Source: Nitrospinales bacterium (GTDB taxonomy: Bacteria > Nitrospinota > Nitrospinia > Nitrospinales > VA-1). From it: 64,000 nt of DNA. Every line of letters starts with the position of its first letter. Position 1 is the stretch's first letter. Of this stretch, positions 28,864-37,823 are shown piece after piece. Made by a program: the position numbers and the translations under genes. The notes under the pieces are model-generated. The model had not been told where the DNA came from. It saw only the letters and a program-made list of their open reading frames with translations, and ran no database searches. The stretch covers positions 2,400,001 through 2,464,000 of the forward strand of contig OZ253496.1 in NCBI GenBank assembly GCA_965262115.1, in the 5' to 3' direction.

Positions 28864-30597
28864 TTATGCTCTAAAGGATTTTTGAGCAAGGGCAATATGA
28901 TCCGCATTATGGATTTCCAGCCAGCCTTTGTGGATCTCCATATAGTGGACGGCGAAACCCCGATCAATCATTTCCTGAATGAGGTCGGTGAAATTCAGTT
29001 TGGAGATATCCTCTGATTCCTGAAAGCGGCCGGTAAAATTTTTGAGCACATCGTTATAGGTTTCGAGAAACTGCTCGGCGCCGGTTTTGCTGAATCGGGC
29101 AAGACCTATGAACTCGTGGGTCGCGGTTTCCGGGTTTATTTTGTTGCCAATCTTTGCCACTGTATTTTCGCTGGTGAAACGGATTTCCCGACGCGTTGGC
29201 TTGTAGTGGTTCTTGGTGATAATGAAGTCGAGAATGTTTCCCTCTTCCGGCTGGTGATACTGGGTTGAATTGTCGGCGACGAGAACAATATCTTCCTTGC
29301 ACTCTGTCAGCTTGCTGAGAATCTGGTCCTCCATGAGGATGTCGGAATACAGCATGATGAATCCATTGGCCATTTTTTCCTTCGCAACCACCAGTGAGTT
29401 GAGCATGGACCCTTTCTGGTAGTCGGGGTTCTCTAGAATATTGATGCCCTCTGCATACAGGTTGTCCTTGCCATACCCTGCGATGAGTGTAATATCTGCA
29501 AGATTGGCGTTGCTCAGGGCTTGAATCTGATGGTCGAGAAGGGTCTTGCCGCAAATTTCGAGCATGGCCTTGGGCTTACCGTTCAAAACTTCCTTGAAAA
29601 CATGATCCTCCCCGGCGGCAGGAATGATCACCGGAATATTAGTGGTCTGTTCATCCTGCTGGTCTTTTTCCTTAACATCCAGAAACCCGACGGTTTTAAA
29701 AATTTCCCGGACGGGTGTGCATAAAGGATTGGCCTCCAGAGATCTCTGGTTGCGAAGTAGAGTCTTTGCAGTTTCCGTCATCGCCTGGTAGGCGCTGCGC
29801 AAAAGGTGATTGGCATAAATAACGATGCTGAATCCAGCGGCGCTCAGTTTGTCCTCGGTGATTCGGTTATAAGTGGTGGGCACGCACACCAGCGGTTTGT
29901 TCAATTTTAGATTTTTTAAAATAACCTGGTACTTTTTGGCAAACTCCAGGATTTCATCCGGGCTTTTGGACTTGGAGTGGATCATGATTCCATCGACCCC
30001 GGCTTCCAGGTATTTTGTGGCCCTGTTGAGTGCGTCTTCCATGGGTTTTCCGGATATGAGGCTTTCAATCCGGGCGATAATCATAAACTCACTGCTTTTC
30101 TGAACACTTTTTCCCCGCCGGATTTTCTGGGCGAAGACTTCCGGTTCTTGCAGGTTTTGCTGGACTCCAGCCTCCAGGCTATTGCGCTTGGGAAAAACCT
30201 TATCTTCTATAATCACCGCAGACACACCTGCCCGCTCAAGTTTGGAGACGGTGTATTCGAAGGTGTTCGCGTCCCCTCCCGTATCGCCGTCAACGATCAT
30301 GGGTTTATCGGTCACAGCGAGAATTTCGTTGATGGTGTGTAGTCTGGAGTCAAAGGTGACGACCTCGATATCGGGGTGGCCTTTCGAGGCCGAGTCGGTG
30401 AGACTGCTTTCCCAGATGGCATCGAATTGGCGGACAACGGTTTGTCCATCCGAATCTCCAGTCACTTCAACCGAATTGGCGATGATGCCGCTCAACCCAT
30501 TATGAGCTTCAAGCACCCGCACTGTTTTTCCTTCTTCCAGCAGGGCCTTGAGTTTTCCCCGGCGATGTTCGGGAAGAATAGTGTTAAGAAGGGTCAT
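28864..30597 (-). CDS. pepM: Phosphoenolpyruvate mutase fused to a C-terminal nucleotidyltransferase domain
   Basis: EAHNGLSG, DGDTGG, EDKVFPKRNS (PepM EDKx5NS motif); C-terminal IPAAG...KPKAML...YSDI...WLEI. Confidence 0.9.
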   Translation of the reverse strand: MTLLNTILPEHRRGKLKALLEEGKTVRVLEAHNGLSGIIANSVEVTGDSDGQTVVRQFDAIWESSLTDSASKGHPDIEVVTFDSRLHTINEILAVTDKPMIVDGDTGGDANTFEYTVSKLERAGVSAVIIEDKVFPKRNSLEAGVQQNLQEPEVFAQKIRRGKSVQKSSEFMIIARIESLISGKPMEDALNRATKYLEAGVDGIMIHSKSKSPDEILEFAKKYQVILKNLKLNKPLVCVPTTYNRITEDKLSAAGFSIVIYANHLLRSAYQAMTETAKTLLRNQRSLEANPLCTPVREIFKTVGFLDVKEKDQQDEQTTNIPVIIPAAGEDHVFKEVLNGKPKAMLEICGKTLLDHQIQALSNANLADITLIAGYGKDNLYAEGINILENPDYQKGSMLNSLVVAKEKMANGFIMLYSDILMEDQILSKLTECKEDIVLVADNSTQYHQPEEGNILDFIITKNHYKPTRREIRFTSENTVAKIGNKINPETATHEFIGLARFSKTGAEQFLETYNDVLKNFTGRFQESEDISKLNFTDLIQEMIDRGFAVHYMEIHKGWLEIHNADHIALAQKSFRA

Positions 30598-30878
30598 GAC
30601 TGGGCTCCAGCGATTTTATCGGCCTCAATTTTTTCTCGTATCCAGTCAGCCACATAGATATTGTCGAGATCAAATTTTTTCAGCGTGTTTAAAATAACGA
30701 TCACGTGTTCTTCGTCCGGAAGATTTTTGTCCAGAATAATGAGGTCCTCGCCTTTGAGTTTGCAGTAGCCGCCTTGTATGGCAAACTCCTGATCGTTGAG
30801 GTTGGAGATTTCAATTTTTATGGATAATTTTTCTGCGGCTTCCTTGAGGTCCTCAATCCGGCTCTCAATGTTTTGCAT
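30594..30878 (-). CDS. Hypothetical protein
   Basis: GGYCKLKGEDLIILDK; overlaps the pepM start by 4 nt. Confidence 0.75.
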   Translation of the reverse strand: MQNIESRIEDLKEAAEKLSIKIEISNLNDQEFAIQGGYCKLKGEDLIILDKNLPDEEHVIVILNTLKKFDLDNIYVADWIREKIEADKIAGAQS

Positions 30879-30892
30879 AGTAGAAGATGTTT

Positions 30893-32278
30893 TCAGGTAA
30901 TGATTCGCATAATATCATTATAAAACGCGAACACCATGAGGCTGAGCAACATGAATATCCCAACTTGCTGTGCCCGTTCCCGGTTCCTTTCACTGACAGG
31001 TTTGCCCTTGAGAATCTCTATCAGGAAAAAGAAAATATGGCCGCCATCCAGAACCGGAATCGGCAACAGGTTGAGCAGCCCCAGGTTGATGCTCAAAAGC
31101 GCGGTCAACCGAACCAGCTCATTAAGGCCTTGTTCGGTATATTCCCCGTAAATTTGAAAAATCAGGATGGGGCCGCCGATGGAGTCTGCGGGGATGGAGC
31201 CTACAATCATTTTTTTGATGCTGACAGCGATCAGATAAATCAGCCGCCTTGTTTCATCAATGGCTCTTTTAAGAGCTCCGAAAACGCCGTATTTTTCCGT
31301 TGCCATTTCTCCGGCCATGCCGATGCCGAGCAGACCCACTTCTGCACTTTTGCCTTCAAGGTCTTTGACAACCTTAGGCTCGGGTGTCAGTGTGGTTACG
31401 ATTTCTGTTCCGTTTCTGAGGACTCTGAAGGTCAGTTCTTGGCCGGGCTTGTCGACGGCCGCTGTCTTCAGGTCTCCCCAGCCAAAAATAATAGTATTGT
31501 CCACCGAAACCAGAATGTCGCCTTCTTGAATTCCAGCCCGGTCAGCCGGGGAGCCTTCTTTAACATAAAAAACATTTCGTACCAGTGGTGTGATTCCGAT
31601 CAGCCCAACGTTTTCTTTGTCACCAAAAAGATCGCTGATTTCCTCGGAGATGGGGGTGATGGGGACATGGGCGATGCTTCCGGAGCTTCTTTCCACCTGG
31701 AAATCCAAGGAGCGGCCTGGAGACTTATGCACGATTTTTTGCAGTTGTTCCCAATAAAGTATTTTTTCATCGCCAATGGCTAAAATGCGGTCGCCGGTTT
31801 GAAGCCCCGCAACCAGTGCCGGAGACTCATCCTTAACCGTGCCAACAACAGGAGCCAATGCAGGAACCCCTACCAGATAGACGCAATAATAAATGGCAAT
31901 GGCAAAAAGGATATTGAAGAGCGGACCCGCGAAGGCAATGGCCAGCCGGTCCAGAACCGGAGCTGCCGCAAAGGACCCCTGTTCGTCTGTGGTTTCTTCT
32001 CCGACTTCTTCCCCTTTCATTTTTACGTAGCCGCCAAGGGGAATCCAGGCGAGGAGGTATTCGGTGCCTCCGCGTGTGAAGCTCACAATTTTAGGCCCAA
32101 AACCGAGGGAAAACTTTTCCACCACGACGCCCACCTTCCGGGCAACGAGAAAATGCCCAAGTTCATGGACGAAGATGAGAGCGGCCAGGCCACCCAGAAA
32201 AGCCAGCATTTTGATCCCGAAACTGAGGATTGCATCTAAAGAAAATATTGAAAGTTCAAACATGAGATTTAATCCCAC
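30893..32278 (-). CDS. rseP: RIP metalloprotease RseP (two PDZ domains)
   Basis: HELGH, PLGGYVKM, AGPLFN, NLLPIPVLDGG. Confidence 0.95.
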   Translation of the reverse strand: MGLNLMFELSIFSLDAILSFGIKMLAFLGGLAALIFVHELGHFLVARKVGVVVEKFSLGFGPKIVSFTRGGTEYLLAWIPLGGYVKMKGEEVGEETTDEQGSFAAAPVLDRLAIAFAGPLFNILFAIAIYYCVYLVGVPALAPVVGTVKDESPALVAGLQTGDRILAIGDEKILYWEQLQKIVHKSPGRSLDFQVERSSGSIAHVPITPISEEISDLFGDKENVGLIGITPLVRNVFYVKEGSPADRAGIQEGDILVSVDNTIIFGWGDLKTAAVDKPGQELTFRVLRNGTEIVTTLTPEPKVVKDLEGKSAEVGLLGIGMAGEMATEKYGVFGALKRAIDETRRLIYLIAVSIKKMIVGSIPADSIGGPILIFQIYGEYTEQGLNELVRLTALLSINLGLLNLLPIPVLDGGHIFFFLIEILKGKPVSERNRERAQQVGIFMLLSLMVFAFYNDIMRIIT

Positions 32279-32363
32279 CAGTGGGTTTTATTCCCCGTGG
32301 CTTGCCACGGCTTTTAAAATAACTCTTCATTTAGGATACCCCGTCTGCTTGCAACGGGGTCGT

Positions 32364-33044
32364 TCATTGAGTTTGTGTGTAATCCAAAATCTCCACGCCG
32401 GGTGGAGTCTTGAGTTGGAATTGTTCCTCCGGGATTTCCCGGTTAACCCGAATACGGGTGAAGCGAATTTCTGTTTTGTTTCCTAATTTATCATACACGG
32501 TCGATCCGGTGATTTGGAAGTTTTTCTTATCAGCTTGAAGGACCAGTCTTGCCAGACCCTGCTCCTCGTTTTTTGGGACAAGGGTGACAATAATATTCTG
32601 GTTTTCCTCATTCACACTTTCAACAATAAAGGTCTGGGTCAGCTTTCCTTTTCCTGCCAGAAAAAGCGCCGGTGTGTTGGAAGAGTAGATGCTTTCAACC
32701 GGTACCTTGGTGGCTTGCTCCTCGTCAGGGACATAAAGCCAAAGGGTTTTCTCATTGCTGATTAGAATTTGTGTATCCGGAGCCCCATAGACCCATCTCA
32801 TCTTTCCGGGTTTCTTGATTTGCACCTTGCCTTTGAGGCTTTGGGTCTGGTCCATCATTTTGATGTAAGACTTCTGGGTGAAGTCGGCCTCAAAGGTTAA
32901 AACCTTTTCATACTGGTTTTGAATGGCATCCAGCGCTTTCTGTTCGGAGGTCTCCGCAAAGATGATTCCCGGTATTGTCAGGACGGTGATTAAAGCTAAA
33001 AGTTTTTGCAGGAGGTTCAAGGAAGTTTTCTCTCTATTTGTCAT
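32364..33044 (-). CDS. lolA: Outer-membrane lipoprotein carrier LolA family
   Basis: Signal peptide, FEADFTQ, KKPGKMRW, LWLY.P..EQ. Confidence 0.85.
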   Translation of the reverse strand: MTNREKTSLNLLQKLLALITVLTIPGIIFAETSEQKALDAIQNQYEKVLTFEADFTQKSYIKMMDQTQSLKGKVQIKKPGKMRWVYGAPDTQILISNEKTLWLYVPDEEQATKVPVESIYSSNTPALFLAGKGKLTQTFIVESVNEENQNIIVTLVPKNEEQGLARLVLQADKKNFQITGSTVYDKLGNKTEIRFTRIRVNREIPEEQFQLKTPPGVEILDYTQTQ

Positions 33045-33651
33045 GCAGGACCCTTCGGCCCGAAAGGGCCAGCCTGCCTTCAAGGATCAGTCGAATGGCT
33101 TCGGGGTAAATGATGTGTTCCTGTTCAAGAATCCTTTCAGAAAGGGAAGCCTCATCGTCATCATCAAAAATGGGAACCACCGCTTGCGAAATGATAGGGC
33201 CGCCATCCACTTCCTCGTTGACATAATGCACCGTGCATCCTGAAAACCGGGCGCCATGCTCCAAGACTCGTTTTTGCACGTTTAATCCGGGAAACGCTGG
33301 AAGCAACGAAGGGTGAATATTGATGATTCGACCTGAAAAAGTTTCGATAAAATGTTTGCCCAGAACCCGCATGTAGCCAGCGAGACAAATTAAATTAACG
33401 GATTTGGATTGGATTTGTTCTACCAGGCCCTGTTCGTAGCTGTTTCGGTCCGGAAAAGATTTAGGGTCCAGAAAAAGTCCGTCAAGACCATGCTTGCGTG
33501 CCCGTTCAAGAGCGTAGGTATCTTTCACATTACTAATCACTATGGCAATTTCGGCCTGCAGGATATTTTTTTCAATACTGTCGATGATGGCCTGCAGGTT
33601 AGAACCTCGTCCTGAAACCAAAACGGCGAGATTAAATTTGTCGGGTGCCAT
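33034..33651 (-). CDS. purN: Phosphoribosylglycinamide formyltransferase
   Basis: SGRGSNLQA, LAGYMR, NIHPSLLP, VDGGPII. Confidence 0.96.
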   Translation of the reverse strand: MAPDKFNLAVLVSGRGSNLQAIIDSIEKNILQAEIAIVISNVKDTYALERARKHGLDGLFLDPKSFPDRNSYEQGLVEQIQSKSVNLICLAGYMRVLGKHFIETFSGRIINIHPSLLPAFPGLNVQKRVLEHGARFSGCTVHYVNEEVDGGPIISQAVVPIFDDDDEASLSERILEQEHIIYPEAIRLILEGRLALSGRRVLHDK

Positions 33652-33836
33652 TTAAAGGGATTGTAAAGGTTTGTTGGGGACGGGTGCTAATACCCTTGAT
33701 CTTATCATTAAATGGTGTTTTTAATCAATTGCTCAGACGGCTTTCCTTCAGGCATGGAGTAGTTCGGCAGCTTAAACTGGCGGGAGCCAAAGAATAAAGG
33801 AGGTTCGGCGAAAAAGTTTGCCCTCCGGCGGCGGAG

Positions 33837-36044
33837 TCAGTTTTTCTGAAGCAGGTTTTCCTGGATGTTTTGAAGAAGGCCTATATTCTGGGTGTGTCCT
33901 GATCTGTAGGCTTTGACGTGCCCCCGTATGGGTTTTCCCAGCAAATAAAAATCCCCGAGTATATCCAGAATTTTATGCCGGGGGAACTCATCTTTAAAGC
34001 GGAGTTTGGTGTTCAAGACTTTTTTGTCGCCAAGCAATATAAAGTTGTCAAGCTTGCCTCCAGACGCATAACCCATTTTGGTCAATTGCGCCACCTCTTC
34101 CATGAAACCGAAGGTTCTTGCCGGGGCAATTTCCTTTTTAAAACTTTCACCTCCTTTGAACTCATAAGTGTAGTCCTGAATGCCAATCGGTTCTGGATAT
34201 TCCATGTGGTAACTGACGCTAAAGCTATCGCTGGGTTCGATGGAAATATACGGCTCACCTTGCTCCTTGTTGCCAAAAGTGTAGTTTTTATCGATCACGA
34301 TTTCTTCATAAAAATCATCTTGGTCTTCGAACTCTCCATCCTCTATCAGGTCACAAAAATCTTTTGCGGAACCATCCATCACCGGTGCTTCATCGCCGAT
34401 TTTAATGAGCAGGTTGGTGATCCTGTACATGTGAAGAGCCGCCATAATATGTTCAATGGTTCCGACCGAGACCCTGTCTTTACGTAAGCGGGTGGCATAA
34501 TCTGTGGACTGGACATTTTCCAGCCGGGCGGAAATAGTTTTGCCGGTGGAAATATCCCCAAATATGATTCCGCTTCCCGGAGGCATGGGTTGCAGAATCA
34601 ATCCTGTTTTGATACCCGAATGCAAACCGCTTCCGCACAACACCACACTGCGCTTGAGGGTGCGCTGTTGGTGGCGGTATCCATTATTGATTTCTTCTGG
34701 GTCTGGTATTTCAATGGAGTGGAGCGCAATTTTTTCTTTAAGTTGTTTTTTTTCTGTGTTCAGAGATTTGCAGGTTTTTTCGATGTCCCAGTTGTTGCGC
34801 TTAAGGTGGTGAATGATGAAATGCTTTTCCCAAATCAGTTCTGCTTCCTGAAGAGACCCGGCCTGATCAATATCGTTGATTTCTATTTTGGGTTGCCAGA
34901 TTTCCGAAGGCAGACCCTGGGCGGTTATTTTTTTCTGGTTAGCGCCGGTAAGAATCAATTTATTCAGCACAGATTTCAACTCTTTCACATTTTCGGGCCA
35001 AGTATAACGGCATAGAGCGGCCAGGGCGTCTTCACCTATTTCGGGGACGGACGTGTTCGGTGTTTGCCGGATTTCATCCAGATAATCTTTTGCCATAGCG
35101 GGGATACTCACGGCATAGTTGCGCAAAGGCGGAACAAATAAAGTGGAGTCTTTGAACGCGTCCAGTAATGCAGGATGAAACTGGCCTTTTGCGGACAGGG
35201 CTGCCAAATCTTGAGCGGATGACGCAAAAATCCGGATGGGTATCAATCCTAAATGGGAGTCAGCCGATTGCGAACCGTTAGAATGCAGGGCTTCCGCGAG
35301 TTTTTCCTGCAGGCCTTTGCTCAATGATTCAATATTGCTGAGATAGATTACTTTTTCCTCGCCAGCCTGGTTGGAAGCACGGGTATTTTTTCGGGGTCGC
35401 TTAAAAAGTTGGGAGTGAATGGCCCGTGCCTGGCGAAACGAGCAATTTATTTTAACGAAGGAACGGTCGCTTTTACTGCTCTGCCCATGGATGGCATGGG
35501 CGATGAACTCTTTACCGGTTCCATTTTCGCCACGCACTAAAACCGGTTTCATATGCCGCGAAAACTCTTTCACCGCCTTTTTCACTTCCACCATGGATTC
35601 AAAACAAAGAGGGAGTTCCCCCCTGTAGGAAGGCGTCAGTTTTTCCTCAGCCTTGAATTTAGAGCGTTTGTTGCCCAACACTTCTGCAATCGATTGGGTG
35701 ATCCGGTCCAGGGAAAAAGGTTTTTCTATAAAGTCCTGAGCCCCCAGTTTGGTTGCCTTGACCGCCGTGTCAATGGTTCCGTGGCCGGACATAATCAAGA
35801 CTTCAATTTCAGGATTATAAGATTTTACCGTTTTTAAAACCTCAATTCCGTCCATTCCCGGTAGCCAGATATCCAGTAAAACCAGGTCGGGGGGGTCTTT
35901 TTGGATAATTTCCAATGCTTCAAGGCCATCCCCTGTCTCAGCGACTTCATAACCTTCATCAGCGAGTATTCCAGTCAAGGAACTGACAATATTTTTTTCG
36001 TCATCGACGATGAGAATACGTGCTTTAGGCAAAAGGGTCACCAT
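33837..36044 (-). CDS. lpxC: Fusion: NtrC/NtrX-type receiver + degenerate sigma-54 AAA+ domain + UDP-3-O-acyl-GlcNAc deacetylase
   Basis: ILIVDDE/LLDIWLP/FIEKPF receiver; GENGTGKE; WPENVKEL; then QRTLKRSV..GSGLHSG, TIEHIMAAL, PVMDGSA, APARTFGF, HKILDILGD, GHTQN. Confidence 0.9.
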   Translation of the reverse strand: MVTLLPKARILIVDDEKNIVSSLTGILADEGYEVAETGDGLEALEIIQKDPPDLVLLDIWLPGMDGIEVLKTVKSYNPEIEVLIMSGHGTIDTAVKATKLGAQDFIEKPFSLDRITQSIAEVLGNKRSKFKAEEKLTPSYRGELPLCFESMVEVKKAVKEFSRHMKPVLVRGENGTGKEFIAHAIHGQSSKSDRSFVKINCSFRQARAIHSQLFKRPRKNTRASNQAGEEKVIYLSNIESLSKGLQEKLAEALHSNGSQSADSHLGLIPIRIFASSAQDLAALSAKGQFHPALLDAFKDSTLFVPPLRNYAVSIPAMAKDYLDEIRQTPNTSVPEIGEDALAALCRYTWPENVKELKSVLNKLILTGANQKKITAQGLPSEIWQPKIEINDIDQAGSLQEAELIWEKHFIIHHLKRNNWDIEKTCKSLNTEKKQLKEKIALHSIEIPDPEEINNGYRHQQRTLKRSVVLCGSGLHSGIKTGLILQPMPPGSGIIFGDISTGKTISARLENVQSTDYATRLRKDRVSVGTIEHIMAALHMYRITNLLIKIGDEAPVMDGSAKDFCDLIEDGEFEDQDDFYEEIVIDKNYTFGNKEQGEPYISIEPSDSFSVSYHMEYPEPIGIQDYTYEFKGGESFKKEIAPARTFGFMEEVAQLTKMGYASGGKLDNFILLGDKKVLNTKLRFKDEFPRHKILDILGDFYLLGKPIRGHVKAYRSGHTQNIGLLQNIQENLLQKN

Positions 36045-36058
36045 TCGTGATGCAGGTC

Positions 36059-36703
36059 TCAGGTCGCGGGTGTGGCAATGCCTGGCCGTGAATATTCGAG
36101 GTAATAAATTTTATGACCCGCATTGATAAAGTTTTTTTCATATTTGGTTTTGGGCAAGTCTGCGCGGCTCTCAAGAAAGCCTGACCCCGGGCCCTGATTT
36201 TGAAACTGGGGTTCAGAGTTAAAGGTTTCCAGCATTTCAATGGCGTAGGGTTCGCTATCGGTCGCCAGGTAAACTTGCCCCTCGGGAGCTAATTTTTGCC
36301 CAATTAGTTTAACAAAATCGGGCTTGATCAACCTTCTTTTAATATGCCTTTTTTTTGGCCAGGGGTCGGGGAAGTTGATATACGCGGTTTCCAACTCCCC
36401 ATTCTTGAACAAGTGAGGAATTTTAAAACGCACATCTCCATAGGCTACCCGGATATTTTCCAACTGCAGTTTTTTTATCCGCGTCATTAATTTCCGAATT
36501 CCTTTATGGTAGAAATCCATGCCGATGAAATTGGTCCGGGGTTCCTGGGCGGCCATTTCAATAAGGAAATTTCCCATTCCAAAGCCGATCTCCAGTTTTA
36601 GTGGTTGACAGTTCCCGAATTGGGCTTGCCAATTGGGCCACTCCTCAATATCAAGGAAATAAGAATCTTCTTCTTTAATTTTAGCAAAAGATATAAGGGC
36701 CAT
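36059..36703 (-). CDS. trmB: tRNA (guanine-N7)-methyltransferase
   Basis: LEIGFGMG, NFPDPWPKKRH, ATD, TKYE. Confidence 0.94.
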   Translation of the reverse strand: MALISFAKIKEEDSYFLDIEEWPNWQAQFGNCQPLKLEIGFGMGNFLIEMAAQEPRTNFIGMDFYHKGIRKLMTRIKKLQLENIRVAYGDVRFKIPHLFKNGELETAYINFPDPWPKKRHIKRRLIKPDFVKLIGQKLAPEGQVYLATDSEPYAIEMLETFNSEPQFQNQGPGSGFLESRADLPKTKYEKNFINAGHKIYYLEYSRPGIATPAT

Positions 36704-37194
36704 TAAGTAGATGAAGAGTCGCCAGGGTTGTCATGAATGGTGATCACTTCTAATACTTCAAATTCCATTTTACCGTCAGGCAGTGAAACGCTGATTTCAT
36801 CGCCTTCCTGTTTACCGACCATGGCTCTCCCCACTGGTGAGGCTGTGGAAATTTTCCCCTCATCAGGGTTGACTTCCTCCGGGAAAACCAAATGGTACTG
36901 GGTCTCTTTACCGCTATCCATATCTTTCAATTTCAAAGTGCTTCCAAGGCCGGAACGGTCTTTCGGAATCTGGTTGACGTTGATGGCCATGATGTCACTG
37001 ATGCGTTTTTGTAAAAGGGAAATGCGGGATTCCAAAAACATCTGTCGTTCCTTCGCCGCTTTAAATTCCGCATTTTCGCTCAGGTCTCCGTGTTCCCGAG
37101 CTGTTAAAATGGCTTTGGGAATGTCCACCTGAAGTTCTCTTTGTGATTCTTCTAAATCCTTGTCCAACTTGTCCAAAATGGGAAGCCGCTTCAT
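36703..37194 (-). CDS. greA: Transcription elongation factor GreA
   Basis: AREHGDLSENAEF, ISTASPVGRA. Confidence 0.92.
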   Translation of the reverse strand: MKRLPILDKLDKDLEESQRELQVDIPKAILTAREHGDLSENAEFKAAKERQMFLESRISLLQKRISDIMAINVNQIPKDRSGLGSTLKLKDMDSGKETQYHLVFPEEVNPDEGKISTASPVGRAMVGKQEGDEISVSLPDGKMEFEVLEVITIHDNPGDSSST

Positions 37195-37823
37195 GGCGAA
37201 TTCATCTCCCTGATTTAAAAAAATGGTTAAATTCGGTTTATGGTCTGGGCAAATGGAGGATGATGTCCATCGACCTGCATTTTTAAGAGCTAAAACCAGA
37301 AGTCATGCATGGCCAGGGTTGGCTTATCTGTAAATCGGGGAAACCAGTTGAGAATTTCCAAAGGGTTTAAATGTTATGCCTTACACGTTCTCTGGTGCGC
37401 CATTGTAGGGGGTGAGTCACTTCCGGGTCAACAAAAATTTGCGACACATAAGTCCCGGCTGGGTCAAACTCCAGATGCCGCAAGAAGGCTATAAAGGCTT
37501 GAAGAATAAGGAATAAGTGGATAACGCTTGACATTGGTCAAATCAGGCAATTTAGCGTTGCGGGCCTAGTGTGACGAGGGTTCCAAAAACAACGGGGTAA
37601 TGTTAGATAAGCAACTATTTACATTTCTTTTGGGAATGTTATATTAAGGCTAAACTTAAGGCTCTCAAAAAACTAATTATTGGGTTGATACTTAATTTTA
37701 TGGACATTTTCCGTCAGACGGAAAAATGTCTCAAACTCGCCGCTCCCAGGAACGATCTGAAAATGTCCCTGTCCTACGAAGGCTTTTCGCCAGACCTCCT
37801 TAAAGACGGGTCACCAAACCGGC

